From contig MU271229.1 in the NCBI GenBank assembly GCA_021432655.1, positions 17,849 to 81,848 of the forward strand: a stretch of 64,000 nucleotides of DNA, written 5' to 3'. Under the pieces are notes generated by a model. That model saw nothing but the letters and a program-made list of their open reading frames with translations. It did not search any database and was not told the origin of the DNA. This document shows, one piece after another, positions 15,313 through 29,100 of the stretch (position 1 is the stretch's first letter; the number at the start of each line of letters is the position of its first letter). The position numbers and the translations under genes were made by a program. This stretch comes from Atractiella rhizophila. Lineage: Eukaryota.

Positions 15313-16615
15313 ATTGATTTATGAAAATCTGTTGGAAACACGAAATATCAGCAAGAAAGCTCCTTGTGGCGTCGTTGGCTTTTTGGTTTGGAAAGGGGAT
15401 CGACGAAAAATGACGCGACTTTTTGTTCTTCCTGCTTTTATTGCACAGACCAACACTTCGTCTTGCCCAGCTCCCCCAACGCAAAGGAAAGGATACACGC
15501 ACCTAGTGTTGGGTCTGGTTGATTTCCGCGTGGGTTGGGAAGGACGTTGATGGCTGGAGCTCAGAAACTGAAGTGGTCGTTGCAACGGAATCTGAAGCGT
15601 GTGCACAGACCACAACTGCCAAAGCGGCAGTTTCTTAAATGGGAAGGTCATTCCGCCAGTCCAAGTGCATCCTACGTCCTAAATGGACGGCTCAGGAGAA
15701 AGTGCTTCCAATAGTATCTTCTGGTCGCTCTGGCTCCTTCGCAACTTCGCGACCTCGCTATACTACTTTGTAAATTTCCACTACCACCATATTAACCCAT
15801 GTCTTTTACTGTGCTTTTCCGGCATGAAATCCTTACCTGGACATTCTCAGTTCATGAATCATGATGAGGTGCGTTATGTTATGCATGTCAAAAGGTCATC
15901 TTCAAAGTTTTCAGTATTTCGGAACGTACGCAGAACCTCTTCAATTCAAAATGTTGTTGTGTGACGTTCAACTTGAGGTACTTTGTGTTTTACAGATTGA
16001 CAGCTTTGACGACCATCTTCGACGCTTCAATCAATGTTTGCCGACTTTCTGCTGTGAACTGTTTCTTTTGGCTTACAAAGCATGTTGTGCTCTTGGATAT
16101 CCGTGTGCAGGACTGAGCACTATTGAGCAGCGACGCAGGCAGAAAGCGCTAAGCTGCTCCAATCCTAGTCTGAGTCCAGTGTTCAAAATGTACATGACTG
16201 AACGCATCCGTCTTTTGGTGCCATCGGGCGTAACCTCGGTGCGGAAAATTATCACTATCTTTTCGCCTGTTGATATACGTCGATACGTCGTGTGATTCAT
16301 GCTCCTTGTTCGTCTAGTCCTCAAGGAGGGAGAATAGGATGTTATGAAAGAGAGCCAAGTTAGCTTTCCCTCTTTTAGCACAACAGACATTGTCTGTTTA
16401 CTGTCGCAATTGAATCCAGAGCTCCACTCCGCCTCCACCGAGCTCCCTGCAAATAGTGGGAGAAGGAGAACGGCCTAGGCGGTGACTCGTAAGTGGGTAC
16501 AATCCTCCACCTCAAATAACTTGACGCTTCGGGGGTCGAGGCAGCGGCTCCGGACCTGATATTGCATAAAAGGAGGAGCTAGAGCACACTTTGGACCATC
16601 GTCTAAATCAACATC

Positions 16616-18840
16616 ATGCAGATCAATCCACCTGAAGAAGCAGATATCGTTGTTGCTGGTTGTGGCACCTCTGCGTGTGTCCTCATCTCCAGGCTCGCAG
16701 CTGCGAACCCAGATATATCGATCGTGGCCATCGAAGCTGGACCTGCTAACATCTCACAAGATGCACATATTCCTGCAAACCTTTGGCGCAACGTCTTCCC
16801 ACCGTCGACACTTGTCAAAAATGTGTTTTCGCAGCCTATGGAAGAACTGAACGGGAAACCTACTTTTAATACTTGGGGTTTGACATTTTGCTTAGCTCTC
16901 AATGTAGGCTTACTGATGGGTCAACAGGTCATGGAGTTGGTGGTAGCTCTCAAATCAACTTCATGTGTTACGCTCGAGGGAACAAGGGGGATTTCAACGC
17001 TTGGGGTAAAGAGGCTGAAGGCTGGGACTATGAGGGTTTGTTGCCCTATCTGCGAAAAGTGGGTTCTGGCTTCTATATGAGAAACGAATTCATCCTAAGG
17101 CATTTTCCAGATTGAAAACCACTACTTGCCAGGCAAGGAAGACGTTCACGGATATGATGGACCGTTGCATGTTTCCAACCCAGAACCTGCGCCAGTCTCA
17201 AAGGAGTGGATTAACGCTGGTGTTGCTCTTGGGCTCGAACACAAGGAAGAGTGCGTAGAACATTTCACAAACCTGAAAAATGTTACAGTGTTGACTGTCT
17301 CGACGCAGTGTCATGGATTTCAACTCCGTCAACGCAATCGGCCCTTTTGCCAAGTGGATTAACGGTGCTACTGGACATCGTTCTCTGCTCGCTGCCAACA
17401 CTGTTCTCGCGCTGAAACCCAACATATATGATCCTATCACAGACAAGAGTTCACTTCGTCCAGATGCGAAGGTGCACATCATTGCTCAGGCACGAGTCAC
17501 GAAGGTCCTCCTTTCTGATGATGCTACGCCAGTCGCGAAAGGTTTGGAATATGTCAAAGAGGATGGCAGTAAAGGTGTGGTTCGAGCGAGGAAGCTAGTG
17601 GTTCTGAGTGCAGGAGCATTGAACAGCCCTTTGATTTTGGAGAGAAGTGGAATTGGGAAGAAGGAAGTGTTATCGCGAGCTGGCGTGGAGTCGAGAGTGG
17701 AGTTAGATGTTGGCACAGAGTGCGTATTCCATAAACCAAGATCCGTTCTTACTAACCACAATTTTAATCAGTTTGCAAGATCATCCCTTGTGCCATCAGA
17801 TGTATCATCTTTCTGACGAAGCAGACACTCGTGATCCCTTTTTGTGGGAACAGCCTGATGTGGTTGCAGCAGCTGGCGCTGCGTTTGAGAAAAATGGTGG
17901 TGGGCCTCTGGGAACAACTGCCTTTGATGGGTATGCAAATGGTTTCCCCTCCAGTGTCTTATACTGAATTACCTGCAGTGTCGCAAAGATTCGACTCCCT
18001 TTCATGGCGAACTTTGCATCATCCACACTCGAGCAACTTTCCAAGGGCGAAACGACTACGGATAAAGTGACAACCAACGTTGTGCAAGGATCTGGCTACG
18101 TCGGTGACCTGACTGGAGTTGAATTTGGGAAATATTTCTGGCTAGCTACATTTCTATCCCATGCTCTTTCTAAGGGTATATATCGCTTCAGCTCTTGGAC
18201 CACATTAATTGATCAGGAATACAACAGGTCACATTCATATCACTTCAGCCGATATTGATGCGCCTCCGGATTACAAAGCACCTTTCCTCACCAACGATGC
18301 TGATGTTCATTCCTTCTTATGGACGTACAAAGCCACTCGAGAATCTGCTAGAAGGATGCCCTCGTATCGTGGAGAACTTGGCACTCATCATCCTGTTTTC
18401 TCCTCAACTTCAAATGCCCGTGCTCAGAAGTATGCGACGTGGGACGCAAACTCTGTGACAACTCTGAACTATTCCGAGGAGGATGACAAGGCCATTGAAA
18501 ACTGGGTGCGCGATAAAGTGGTGACAACTTGGTACGGGTTGATTTTGCGTAAACTTTGGAGCAAGCAGCTAACATGGTTCAAGGCATACACTTGCAACGA
18601 CTCCGATGAAGTTCAGACAAAACGGCGGAGTTGTGGACGCCAACCTGTCTGTGTATGGGGTGAAGAATCTCAAAGTGGCTGACCTTGGTATCGCGCCTTC
18701 AAATCTGAGCGGTGTAAGTGAGAATGGATTCTCATGAATACAATCTGACGGGAGAGGAATAGAACACATATCACGCTGCTTTAGCTATTGGGGAAAAGGC
18801 AGCATCCATCTTCGCGAAAGAAGTCGGCTTGAGCGTTTGA
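16616..18840 (+). CDS. GMC oxidoreductase, alcohol-oxidase-like (AA3)
   Basis: [98 protein letters not shown]. Confidence 0.93.
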
Positions 18841-19285
18841 ATAATGCCAGTGTTTTTATAGAACTCTCCCTGATCGCACCATTCCCTCCTGTTGTCCCGT
18901 CGTAAACGATATCTGTGTTGTACAATGACATGAATGATGCTTTGGAAATGTTGGTAACCGACAGTAACATGCAAGCTTGACATCTCACTTTCCTGAGTAT
19001 ATTGATCGAAACGAGTGCCAATGTGAGCACGAAGTTGTACAGGCAAGGCACCACAACGGCAACGCTTCAAACGTCGTAGACGTGATCAATTCACTGCGTT
19101 ACATGGACGGCTCACACTGAGTACTGATATGTGATGGTACAAAACAACAAGACGACGGGACGGTAGCGGTTGGACTCATGCCTGATTGGAGGAAAACGCA
19201 TAGAGAAATAAGGATAATCGTTGGACGTGTATAGCGGAACGACATGCGACTGAGAACTGAACAAGGAAACGTGAGAAACAGGTCG

Positions 19286-22200
19286 TTACTGCGACTTCTC
19301 ATCCCACTTTGGTTCGATGAATGAGACTGAAGTCCTCATCCGGCCAGGTTCAGGTGGAAGAGAGTCAGGCGATACTAGGGCAGGTGGAGGGAGACTTTGC
19401 TCTTCTTCTGCTTCTTGACCTGGGGCAGCGGGCGGAGGTCGCGAATCCAAGATCTCCTTGAGCCGCTTTGAAGCTTCCTGGACGTATTGCACCCTTTCCT
19501 CAGTAGAAAATTGGCGGAACTCCGTCGTCGTCTTCTCCTTCTCCTTCTCTGACGAAACAGGTAGAGAATTTGAGGCCAAAGGCGATCCGCCGATGATGGT
19601 TTCCTCGTCTTCCTCCTCCGTCCCCTCTCTCGCTCCTTCTCGCTCCTTCCGTCGGCATCTCCCCCATCGGGACCATGGGCTCGTCCATCAATCCGTCCTG
19701 AAGGACAGCGAAAAAATGTTCCGTCTCCCTAGCGATGCGAATGCACTCCTCCGAGAACTTGACGAGATCTTCAAAGTGTTTCTCCGCGTTCGCCCAAAAC
19801 AGCACTCGCTCAATTTTCTCCTTCTCCTCCGCATCTCCTCCGCTCAACAGCTCCACGTCCTTCTCCAACATGTCCACTGCGACGGGATCCGTCTTCAAAC
19901 GTTGAAGGATTGGGGCGACCTCAACGATCTTCTGTGGGAGCGCACTGGAACTAGAACCAGAACCGTTCTCCTCCCTGCGTTCCGAGGAGGAGAGGTGTTT
20001 GAAGGATTCCTTGAGCTTGGAAGCGAGAATATGCATTTCGTACGCCGGATGCCGACTGTTTGCGGCGGCGGGATGGTCTTGGTTGGAAGGTGAGGAGGAC
20101 ACGGGGGAGTCGGGACGGGAGGATTGGAATTTGTGGAAGGCACGCCGCATCGAGGCTGAACGCAGGCTGTGCTTGAAGCGAGCAGACCACGCTTCGGCGC
20201 ATACTGCAATGACCATGTCAAAACAGTTTCTTCGACAGGAAGTGGAGGTAGCATACCAGAGAATAAGATGGTTAGAGTGCTGATACCGAAGATGGCCCAT
20301 GCGATGAAAAAGGCGCGACCTGCAGGAGTTGTAGGAGTGAAATCCCCATACCCAATCGTCGAGAAGGTCACGTAGCAGAACCAGAACCTGTGTCAAAACG
20401 GAATGTTCATCCACTGCTCGAAGTTTGAAGAAAGATGGAACGGACGAATCAAACCAATTCCACCTCTCAGTGAAATGGAAAACGATCGTTCCGACCTATC
20501 CATAACAATCCCTCAGCTCTATTGCGCAAAAAAATGCTTCGCAAGAGCGGACGTACGACCCAAAAGAAGAAGAATAGCAAGACGCTCAAACCAATCTTTG
20601 TCAAATACTCCTCCATCTCCTCATCCTCCATCTCCCTCCTGAACCTCTTGAACGCCAACTCCTGCTCCTTCTCGCTCTCCGACCCCGTTCCAACCTTCCT
20701 CAAGCGCTCCAAGGGCTGAGGGAGGTGCTGAGCGTGCTTCCGCACCCTCCGAAACAGCCTAGAGAACAGACCTGCTGTCTCCTCTCTAACCCTCTCCTCC
20801 TCTTCCCTAATGGCATATGGCGCCTCCCACTCTACCGGTTCGCCCCCATCCTTCCCTTTCCCTTTCTCAACGGTATTTTCATGATCATGGGAATGGGAAT
20901 GGCGATGACGATGGCGATGGCGATGGTGATGATCTTTCACCCTCCCAAACCTCTCCCTGAACCACCTTCGCTCCTTTACCTCCCTCCTCTCCCTCGCCTT
21001 CCGCAGGATCCTCTCCCTCCTGCTCCTGTACGACTTCTCGAATCCCTCAATGACGGTTTCCCGTGTGGAAGCGACAAGGACGGCGAGCATGACTATTCCT
21101 ACCTATTTCCATCAGCCATCAATCGCGTGGTCAGTGGTTTGCGGTGCGTTTGGTAGTGGGATGATGGGAGACACACGGAGTCGTAAAAGATTGAGAAGAC
21201 TTTGCCTAGGGTGGTGGTGGGATGGAAGTCTCCGAATCCTTCGTCGTTCATCCTCAGCTATGTTTATTGATGTTATGAGTAGAAGGGCTTACCGGTCGTC
21301 CCGATCGTTGTGAGGGTATAATAGAGCGAGTCTTGGAACCTACATCGCATAGCGCATCAGATCCGTCCCAAACAGAGTCATTACGAGGCAGGAATGTAAA
21401 GAATATGGTATAGACAGGGACGTGAAGAGAATGATCAAAAGGAAGACACACGAAATCTTCAATATCTGCACATTACACCCAGCTCCAAAACTCAACCAAA
21501 TAAGCCAAACCATGAAGCAAACAACGAGCCCCCTCTGTCTCTCCGTCAACCCGCTGCCCTTAGCCGAACGAAAGAAGAGGTAAGCGTCGATGATGAGGGA
21601 GCCGTTGACGATGAGGGAAATGACGGTGGATACGAGGACGAGGTAGAAGGACTGTCCGTAGGTGAACCCATCGTCGACGGCGTGGATGATGGCAAACCAA
21701 ATCAGGCTGATGATGTTGAGGATGTCATGTAATGTCAGGAAGAAGATGGCTATGAGGGTGCTGGTTCTTGGTCGATGTTCGAGGAAGCTGTCGTCATTGA
21801 ATATTGGATCATATTGGGTTGGTCAGTGTGGGGATGAGGTGGGTGGAGGGAGGACGAACCGCATGATCAATGCTATGTTGGCGAGTACAGCGAAGGACAT
21901 ACTGAATCCGAGGGCGACGTTCAAGATCGTAGGATTGTTCTGATACACGACTGGGACGTTATCGACCGTCTTGACGTACCTGCAAGCCGTCCACCATTCG
22001 TGATCAGCATGCGAATATTGTTCACTGATTCGAATGGGAAAGAAAGAGAAAGAAAGAGCGAACCAGTGATCGGTCAGACCAGGGATCTCCATCATGATGC
22101 TGAAAGGGCAAAGGATGCCGCTGACGATCGGCGTCCACCTGTACACCACTGGGAGCTCTTCAGCATCTCCATCCTCCTTCCCATTTGCTCCTAGGTGGCT

Positions 22201-22365
22201 CCGCGGATGCTGCTGGTGAAGCTGTTGATGATGGTTGGTGAGAGGGAAACGATGACGGATGTGAGAGAGAGCGAAGGAAGGGTGGGGGAGAGAGAGACGG
22301 GTGATGGAGCGCTGGTTGGACGTAGAAGCTGGGTCTTCGCGTGAGGAGGATACGTGAAAGAGCAT
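19286..22365 (-). CDS. TOK1: TOK-type two-pore-domain outward-rectifier K+ channel; C-terminal frame disrupted by a 10-bp duplication at 19630-19649
   Basis: Two pore loops, (LYYTLTTIG)TTGFGDFHPTTTLGK and TFSTIGYGDFTPTTPAGR, plus multiple hydrophobic segments and a GFTYGQSFY motif. Confidence 0.88.
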
Positions 22366-22652
22366 GTTGTGGTGTCACTGGGGGTCGTACGGTAATAATA
22401 TACTGAAAAGGGCTTCGGCCTGAGAGCGGAGGTGCCGAGAAATGGACAGCTGATGGATGTAAATTAATCAACACAGAATCAACAGAATATCAACAAGAAA
22501 TCAATGTAAGATTTAAGCAACGCAGAAGCAACGGATATAAGAAATCAAAAACAGGTGGAAGTAGGCAACAGGGTTGGCGACTTGATATCACGTGCAGATG
22601 ACCTCAAACTGATTGAAGAAGCAGAAGTGCATTACATCGAAGAGGTGGGACA

Positions 22653-24192
22653 ATGACCTCCCATCTGATAAACACACTCCATGCTGCCTCCCAACGCTCC
22701 GCCTTCTCCTTCAGCGAACACTGCGTCTTCTGCGCTATCGTCTGCGGAGAGGCCGACGCTTTCAAGGTGGGCTCTCTGCTCTCATTGCGTGGTGAGGTAG
22801 AGTAGCATAGAATGATTTAGTGGTCGTAGGTGTGGGAAGATCAGCACTCCGTAGCGTTCTTAGGTCTGTCCTTTATCTCTCACTCTATTTATTATTTGAT
22901 CTCTCCCGCACATTTTTATACCATTTCATCTTTATTTTTGTCTCTTCATGAACCAACTCAACCTATTTACGGGAAGATCGTTTGTTCTCGCATTGCCATT
23001 ACAATTGTAGTCTCCAAGACATTGCTTCGTTCTTAACAAGAACAAGTTCTCTTTGTGGTACAGAGAAGCATCATTCCCTTTGTGATAAGCAGGACAGAGG
23101 GTAAGTTACCCCTTCTTCGCATCTGCCTGCTTCAACTTGTTCAGCCGACCTAAGACCTTCCAATTGAGATGGAGCATTTCAAAATGTCTACCTGACCTGG
23201 AAGTAGATTTGCATAAGCACGATGGCATGATCTTTCTCTCATCTTTTGCTTACTCCACTCAATCTTCCCATCACGTCCCTCGTGGTCCCGAATGTGAACG
23301 GAGACCGACGTTATTTCTTTCAGTTAGGCAAACCCGAAGGTTTTCCTCATTCTGTAGTTGTTGTCGAGAGCAGGAGGTTGAGGATGTGGCAGATATGCAC
23401 ATGCTCCTTTAATTGTTAAACGCGATATTCTCCTTTCTCGCCTCACAATATCGTTCTGTGCACTTGGTACATTCCCTATCATTCGTAGCTGCGACAACTT
23501 GCGTTTGAGCAGAAGGCAAGAGAGATTGCAGTCGAGGGACGGCTCAGTTCTGTGAGAGCTTCACATCCTCAAGCTTCAGCGGAAGAATGGAATGTATTCC
23601 TTTCATAAGACCAAATACAATCATTCATAAGGGATCTCTAACTCATGTCTTCCTTGCATAGACAGACATAAATCCCATCCGGGCCTACCACACGATTCTT
23701 ATCCCCAAAGCACACCATGAGCGTCTGTGCGTCCCTTCTCTTCCTTTCTGCCGTCACTAATAGGTGTTAAAGGCACGACCTTCCCCCGTCTCTTTCTGCC
23801 AAAGTTGGCGGACTGATGCCACTCCTCTCTCGTGCTATCGCAAGGGGTACGGGCCTCCCCCCATCTCTTTCATCATCTCATGTTTATACGCGAGAATAGT
23901 GACAGGCAATCGAGACCTCAACCTCGTCTCTAATCAAGGATATGGACAATCTGTCCCTCACATTCATTGGCACTTTGTCCCAGCGCCGGATTTGAGGAAT
24001 CTGTCTCTGGAGAAGGACAAGAAGGCGAGGGAGAGGAACTTGCCCGTACTTGGTATTCCTGGATTGATTGAGAGGAGGGGAGAGTTGGAAGATGAAGAAG
24101 GGGAGCGACAGGCAAAGGCTTTGAGAGAGGCTGTGGAGGAAGAATTGAAGGAGGAGCGGAAGGAAGGCACAGGAGTGGGAGGGAAACTTTGA
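22653..24192 (+). CDS. HIT-family nucleotide hydrolase (HNT1/HINT-like)
   Basis: HCVFCAIVCGEADAFK/VWEDQHSVAFL/DINPIRAYHTILIPKAHHERL...NQGYGQSVPHIHWHFVP (histidine triad). Contains an 802-nt intron at 22864-23665. Confidence 0.92.
22864..23665 (+). other. Unusually long, self-complementary phase-1 intron in the HIT gene
   Basis: GTCTGTC...CTAAC...GACAG. Removal restores AFL-D-INP. Several 7-11 bp complementary segments. Confidence 0.8.
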
Positions 24193-24282
24193 TCCCTTCT
24201 GGAGGTGGCTAGAGCATCATTGCGCTTCCAATGGATACCATTTCCCAAGGCCCTATTATTGGTTCATATTATTGTTGTTGGC

Positions 24283-25656
24283 CTAAGCGTCTATCACCCG
24301 CTCCTTCTGCTCGTCCCGCGAGAAGATTTTCACACTTCCTATCCCTTCGCCTCTCTCAGCAAACATCTTTTTCCACGCTCCAACTCGCTCAATCGACACT
24401 CCACTCCCTCCACAGACAATGACGACGATCACGGGTCGCTTCGCGCCTTCTGAATCCCAAGATGCCTTAGGGAAGATGGTTCGCAAAAATTCGGCGCTGT
24501 GAGCGTCGGACGAGGAGTAATACGGGGTGACGGCGGCACAAGCTGGTTCGACAAGGATCTGATGGTCTCCTATAGTTCCAATTCGAGGACACATCAGCTC
24601 GTTCAGAAATACCGTAGCAAGAATTCGTACGAGCAAATCCTTCGATGCCAGCAACTGCTCTGGGGTCGGATACAATTACGCTCACTACGTCCCCCTTCCT
24701 CCTTAGAGCACGTTCCATGCTGTCATGCGATACGCGTTTTGCGCCTAAGGAGCCCGCGATGGTTGAAATCGCTGGAAGGCTTTGGAGGTTTACTTCGAAG
24801 TCTGGTGGGGTGTTAGTGGCTGACGTGGTCCTGGTGGAGGGACGAGATGCGGAAAGAGAGGCAATGAAAGAGGCGGCGCCTGAAGTCTCGAAGGCCGCCA
24901 CAGGGACTGTTTCGTTGTTGTCAGCCTTGTGGATTCTCAAGGGAAGAGGGCAAGCACGAACCATCGTCCCATCCTACTTCTTCCAATCCTCGAAAAACAC
25001 CAGCAATTAAACCTCCTCCTCCCACAGCAACGAGTACTCCGCTCGGTTTCTCATTTGCACCCATCGCTCCAAGCTCAAAAAGTTGCTCTTTGATCTCATG
25101 CACCATACTAGCGTGTCCTTCCACTACTCTATGATCGTCAAATGCAGGAACATAGACAGTTCCTTCCCCTCGCTTCTTCCCCTCTTCCACCAGTTCCAAA
25201 GCATACGCATTACTCTCCGCCCAGCTCTCCCCGCGTTGAATAACTTCAGTTTTCGTCGTGGCTGAGGTACCCACGACCGCAAGACGAGCAATCATCTCGT
25301 CGGAGGTTGTGGACGAGACAACCACGGTGCAACGCTTCAAGCCTAGTGCCACAGCACTGCAAGCGCAAGCAAGACCGGCGTTCCCGCCGGAGGCGATGAT
25401 TGGATGAATCTCTCCGTCACTTGCAAGGTGTACAGATTGTAGAAAATGTGAGATTCCCCTACTCACGTTGGTCAGACGCGAACAGAAGGGTGCATCATGG
25501 GACGCTGACGTACCGAGATTTGAATGACCCGCTGGGTTGCACATTCTCAAGCTTAAGGAAGGTGTGAGTCCCTGTACGGGAAGAGAGGATAGGAGATGTG
25601 AGAAGGGGAGTGCGAGAATACAATGGTGGAGTGGGCGCGGTTGTGTTGCCGTTCAT
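24283..25656 (-). CDS. PLP-dependent L-serine/threonine dehydratase (TrpB fold)
   Basis: LYSRTPLL, FLKLENVQPSGSFKSRG, ASGGNAGLA, YVPAFDD, VAVGGGGLIAGV, TIAGSLGA, ILVEPACA, VIVCGGSG. Confidence 0.93.
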
Positions 25657-25703
25657 TTTTCCAGTTCAGGTTAGTGTTGCGGAGGCTGAAGGAGAAGAGT
25701 GTT

Positions 25704-25711
25704 TATTTATA
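25704..25711 (-). promoter_or_regulatory. Putative TATA box of the serine dehydratase gene
   Basis: TATAAATA on the minus strand ~50 nt upstream of the ATG at 25656. Confidence 0.45.
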
Positions 25712-26106
25712 AGGCAAGGCAGTCGGAATGCCACCTTGGTCGCTTCTGGTGTCAGCTGGTGTGAGAAGGGCGTGATGTGGTTGGGCAGAAGCCGGCAGCT
25801 GCAGTTATTGGTAAACAAATTGGTAAATTGACGGCAGACCGAAATATCCCTGAGTCAGCACAATTCGACGGGGAGACGGTGATTCTTCCAGATTTTTCCT
25901 GACTTCCACACGTGCCGTCGCGAATGCAGAACGTGTTACGTTAAACATGTTAGACTTTGTTCACCAGTATTGAATTCCAGAAAAGGGTATACCTCGACAA
26001 TAGATAGCAGGACCTTTATCAGCATAACAGGACCCATGATCGAACAACAGACCAATGGACCAATAAACCAATTTACAGAATTGAAGAGGAAAGAAGGCGG
26101 ATCATT

Positions 26107-29100
26107 ATGAGAGCTTTGGAATTTGCGTAGCTGTCATCGGTCCCTTGAAGAGCTCCATGAGCTGTTGCGAGACGTTCTCGTTTGTTGTCCTAATGGTTAA
26201 TCGTGCAAGCTATGAAAGAAGCTTTGAGCAGTGCTCTCGTCAAATCAAACCGGCGTACCTTTGCATCCTTATTAGGTTCATAACGAACCAGGCAACCCAC
26301 CTTGCCGTTAGTGCTCATGTGAAGAACTCCAGCAGCGACGATATTAATCGGATTTGGATCGATGCCATCGAGGAGACCCATCCGTAATCCAGAAACGATC
26401 TTCTTGTTTCTCTCGACATCAATCTCGGTGTCGCCCTTCAGCTTGATGGGGAAAATGCTCTGGGATTCTCGCGGTGGACCGCCAATCTGCTTCCACCGCT
26501 CGAAAAAGTCGGCCGCCGGAAGTTTAGCGACTGGTTCAATGAATTTGGACAGGAAAAGTGGGAGTTGCAGGTTCAAGACTTGAAGTGAGCCGGCTAGATA
26601 AGAGACTTTGAGAATGGGTGGCTTCTTGAAAATGTCCTTGCACTCAACATGGACCAGCTGCTGAATCTGGGTGATAGGGCCAATGGTATTTGCGACGATC
26701 TTGGGTATAGTAATCTCGAGAGCCTCTGGATCCTCCATTTGACTTTTGTCAATAGTCGACGTAAAACTCTCCAAGGATCGATCGATTTTATTACCAAAGT
26801 AAATGGCGAGACGGCCCATGTGGCCATGAAACTCTGTCTTCATCCCAATCTGGATCTGACCGTCTTCCCATAGGATCCCTTCGGATGAGTATTGCAACCG
26901 TGTGAGCCACTTATCAGCTCCATGAGTGAGCATGATGGAGGGAGCAGCAGGAACTGGCGGTGGCGGAGCAGGTGTTAGAATTGGGAGCGACGGAGCGACT
27001 GTGGATGGAGAGGTGACAATATCATCCCCTAACAAGCTCTTCTCCGGCTCCAGAGCGGCGTTCGATGCGGAGGGAGTTATTCCCATTGGTGCCGCCGAAT
27101 CAGACATGCTGAGACCCTCCAGAGTCATTAAATCATTCATGATATCACTCGTCGTGGCTCGATTTGGATGGGGAGGAACAGGAGGCGGAGAAGGTTGTTG
27201 CTGCTGTTCTAATTGGGGAGGCGCCGTTGCATGAGATTGTGGCACTGGAACAGGAGCCTGGGAAGTAGTCCCATTTGCCGATCCATTGACGGCCAGACTC
27301 AGTCCGCGCTTCCTCTCCCCGGCAGCCGCACCGCTGTCTGTGATCCAACGACTCTTGTCGCTCGGTGCGATGTCGCCGTGCTTTTTCAAAAGACGATGGA
27401 GGATGGCGCTCTCTCGTTCCGCGAAGGGAGGCATCTCGTCACAAAGGGCTGCTAGAAGGCTTTCGGCTTGTGCATGCCCTGCAATGGCTAATGCTTCGCA
27501 TGCTCGTTGTTGCCTGGAATCCCAGTCAGTAGGAAGAAGCAAGGGCGGAGAGTCAACATACAATTCGGCATCGAGGGACTCCGAATAGCGTCGGAAGACA
27601 GCAAGAAGCTGCTCCGAAATTTCAGGGAAGAGGTTGAGCCATTTAAGGTATGTCGTGAGAAGGATTCCCTTCGTAGCGTTGGAACACAAGTTGCTCTTCG
27701 AGTGCAGCGCTTGAAATTGCTCAATAGGAGCCTGTTTCACAGTCAGTCAACGTTAGTTATAGAAGCTCAGACTCACAAATCCTTTCTCATTCGCGATGAG
27801 ATGACCGTATTCTCCCAGCAAATACGCAGAAATCTTGACCACATTCTCGTGACAGTCAGATTGAGTCCGCAACTCCTCCATACAACGTTTTACAGAATAC
27901 TCTTGCAGTTCTTCGGTGTTGACGACAATCTGCACAACTCGATACCAAACCTCATCTCCGACATAGTCCCCGGCGCCACCGCTGGAATTCATGAGCTTGA
28001 GGATCGTGTCAACGTACCAATTATATTCGGTAGCAAACTTTTCAGCTAGAATAGCGATCTTGAGTACCATCTCTTCTCGAAGACTGATGTCGGCGGATGG
28101 CAGGTAGCGAAGTAATTCGGAAACGATGACTCGCGAATTAGATAAGTCACACATGGAGTACAACAGATCCAGTCCTCGCCGTCGGACGCTCACGTCGCGG
28201 TCTCGTAACGCAAGGAAAACAGTGTCCATGTGACGCTTGACAACCTCCAAACTTTCCCTTCCCGCTCGAGCAGCGAGATGAGCCATCGTATCTAACCCAA
28301 GGTACCGTATATTGGTTTCTTTGGAGACCACGAACTTGGAAAGAAGCTGCGTAGCAGTTGTGACGAGCGGAGAGGATGGATCGAGGTGGATCGCGAGATT
28401 GATTGCTTCGAACAGGATAGCATTAAGAGCGTTATTGTGTTGAACATTTCGCGGGGTAGCTGTGCTGGTAAGAATGGTTTGTAGGACATTGTGAAGTGTT
28501 AATCGAATGGTTGGATCCTCTGTCATTATGGCATGAATCAGTATGATGTCCAGAAACTAGTGCAATCCATCCCTGCACAAAGAAAAAGGCAATTGCTGCC
28601 AGGTATGACCCGAACTTTACGGTAGCACTTCAATAGGACAAGCTGCAATATATGCAGTGCAGCTGACATACAACTGAGACCGAAGGGAAAAAACTGAACT
28701 GTGACGGATCAGTGAAGCGCTCAGAACCGAATTGTGGCGAATCAGTGAAGTGCTGGTTTATTTCGTGCCCAGAAGGCAGCGATTTTCCTTTCTCCAGCTT
28801 GACGAAGCCCGTCGGGTAAAAGAAAAGTAGAGAAGAAGGGAAGGAGATAGAAGCTATCGCCGCTAGACTGCAGCTTCCCAACGAAATAGGAAAAGAAGTA
28901 GTTTATAATGCAGCGTTGCCGCTTCCACCTCCTGTCGCCTTACAGTTTACGGCATAAATACAGCTCTAATTGGTACTCCCCAATCTGAATCGGCGAGGGA
29001 ACCAAGAGTACCAATTAAAGTTGAAGATATGTTGGGAAGAAAGGGCAGCGCGTCCAATTCGGGACCCTGAAGGGAGAAAAGTCGGAACAAACATCGTCTC

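Noticed and set aside
20880..20932. Hexamer repeats in the TOK gene
   Set aside because: They encode an ordinary His/Arg low-complexity tract.
23590..23620. snR30/U17 m1 and m2-like motifs (UAUUCC, AGACCAA, ACA) in the HIT intron
   Set aside because: The motifs are inexact and too close together to flank the expected hairpin; needs a covariance-model search.
28635..28885. RNase P RNA in the AP-2 intron (GGGAAGCUGCAG...UUGCAGCUU resembling P4)
   Set aside because: The other conserved regions could not be identified, and the 3' segment can form a local hairpin instead.
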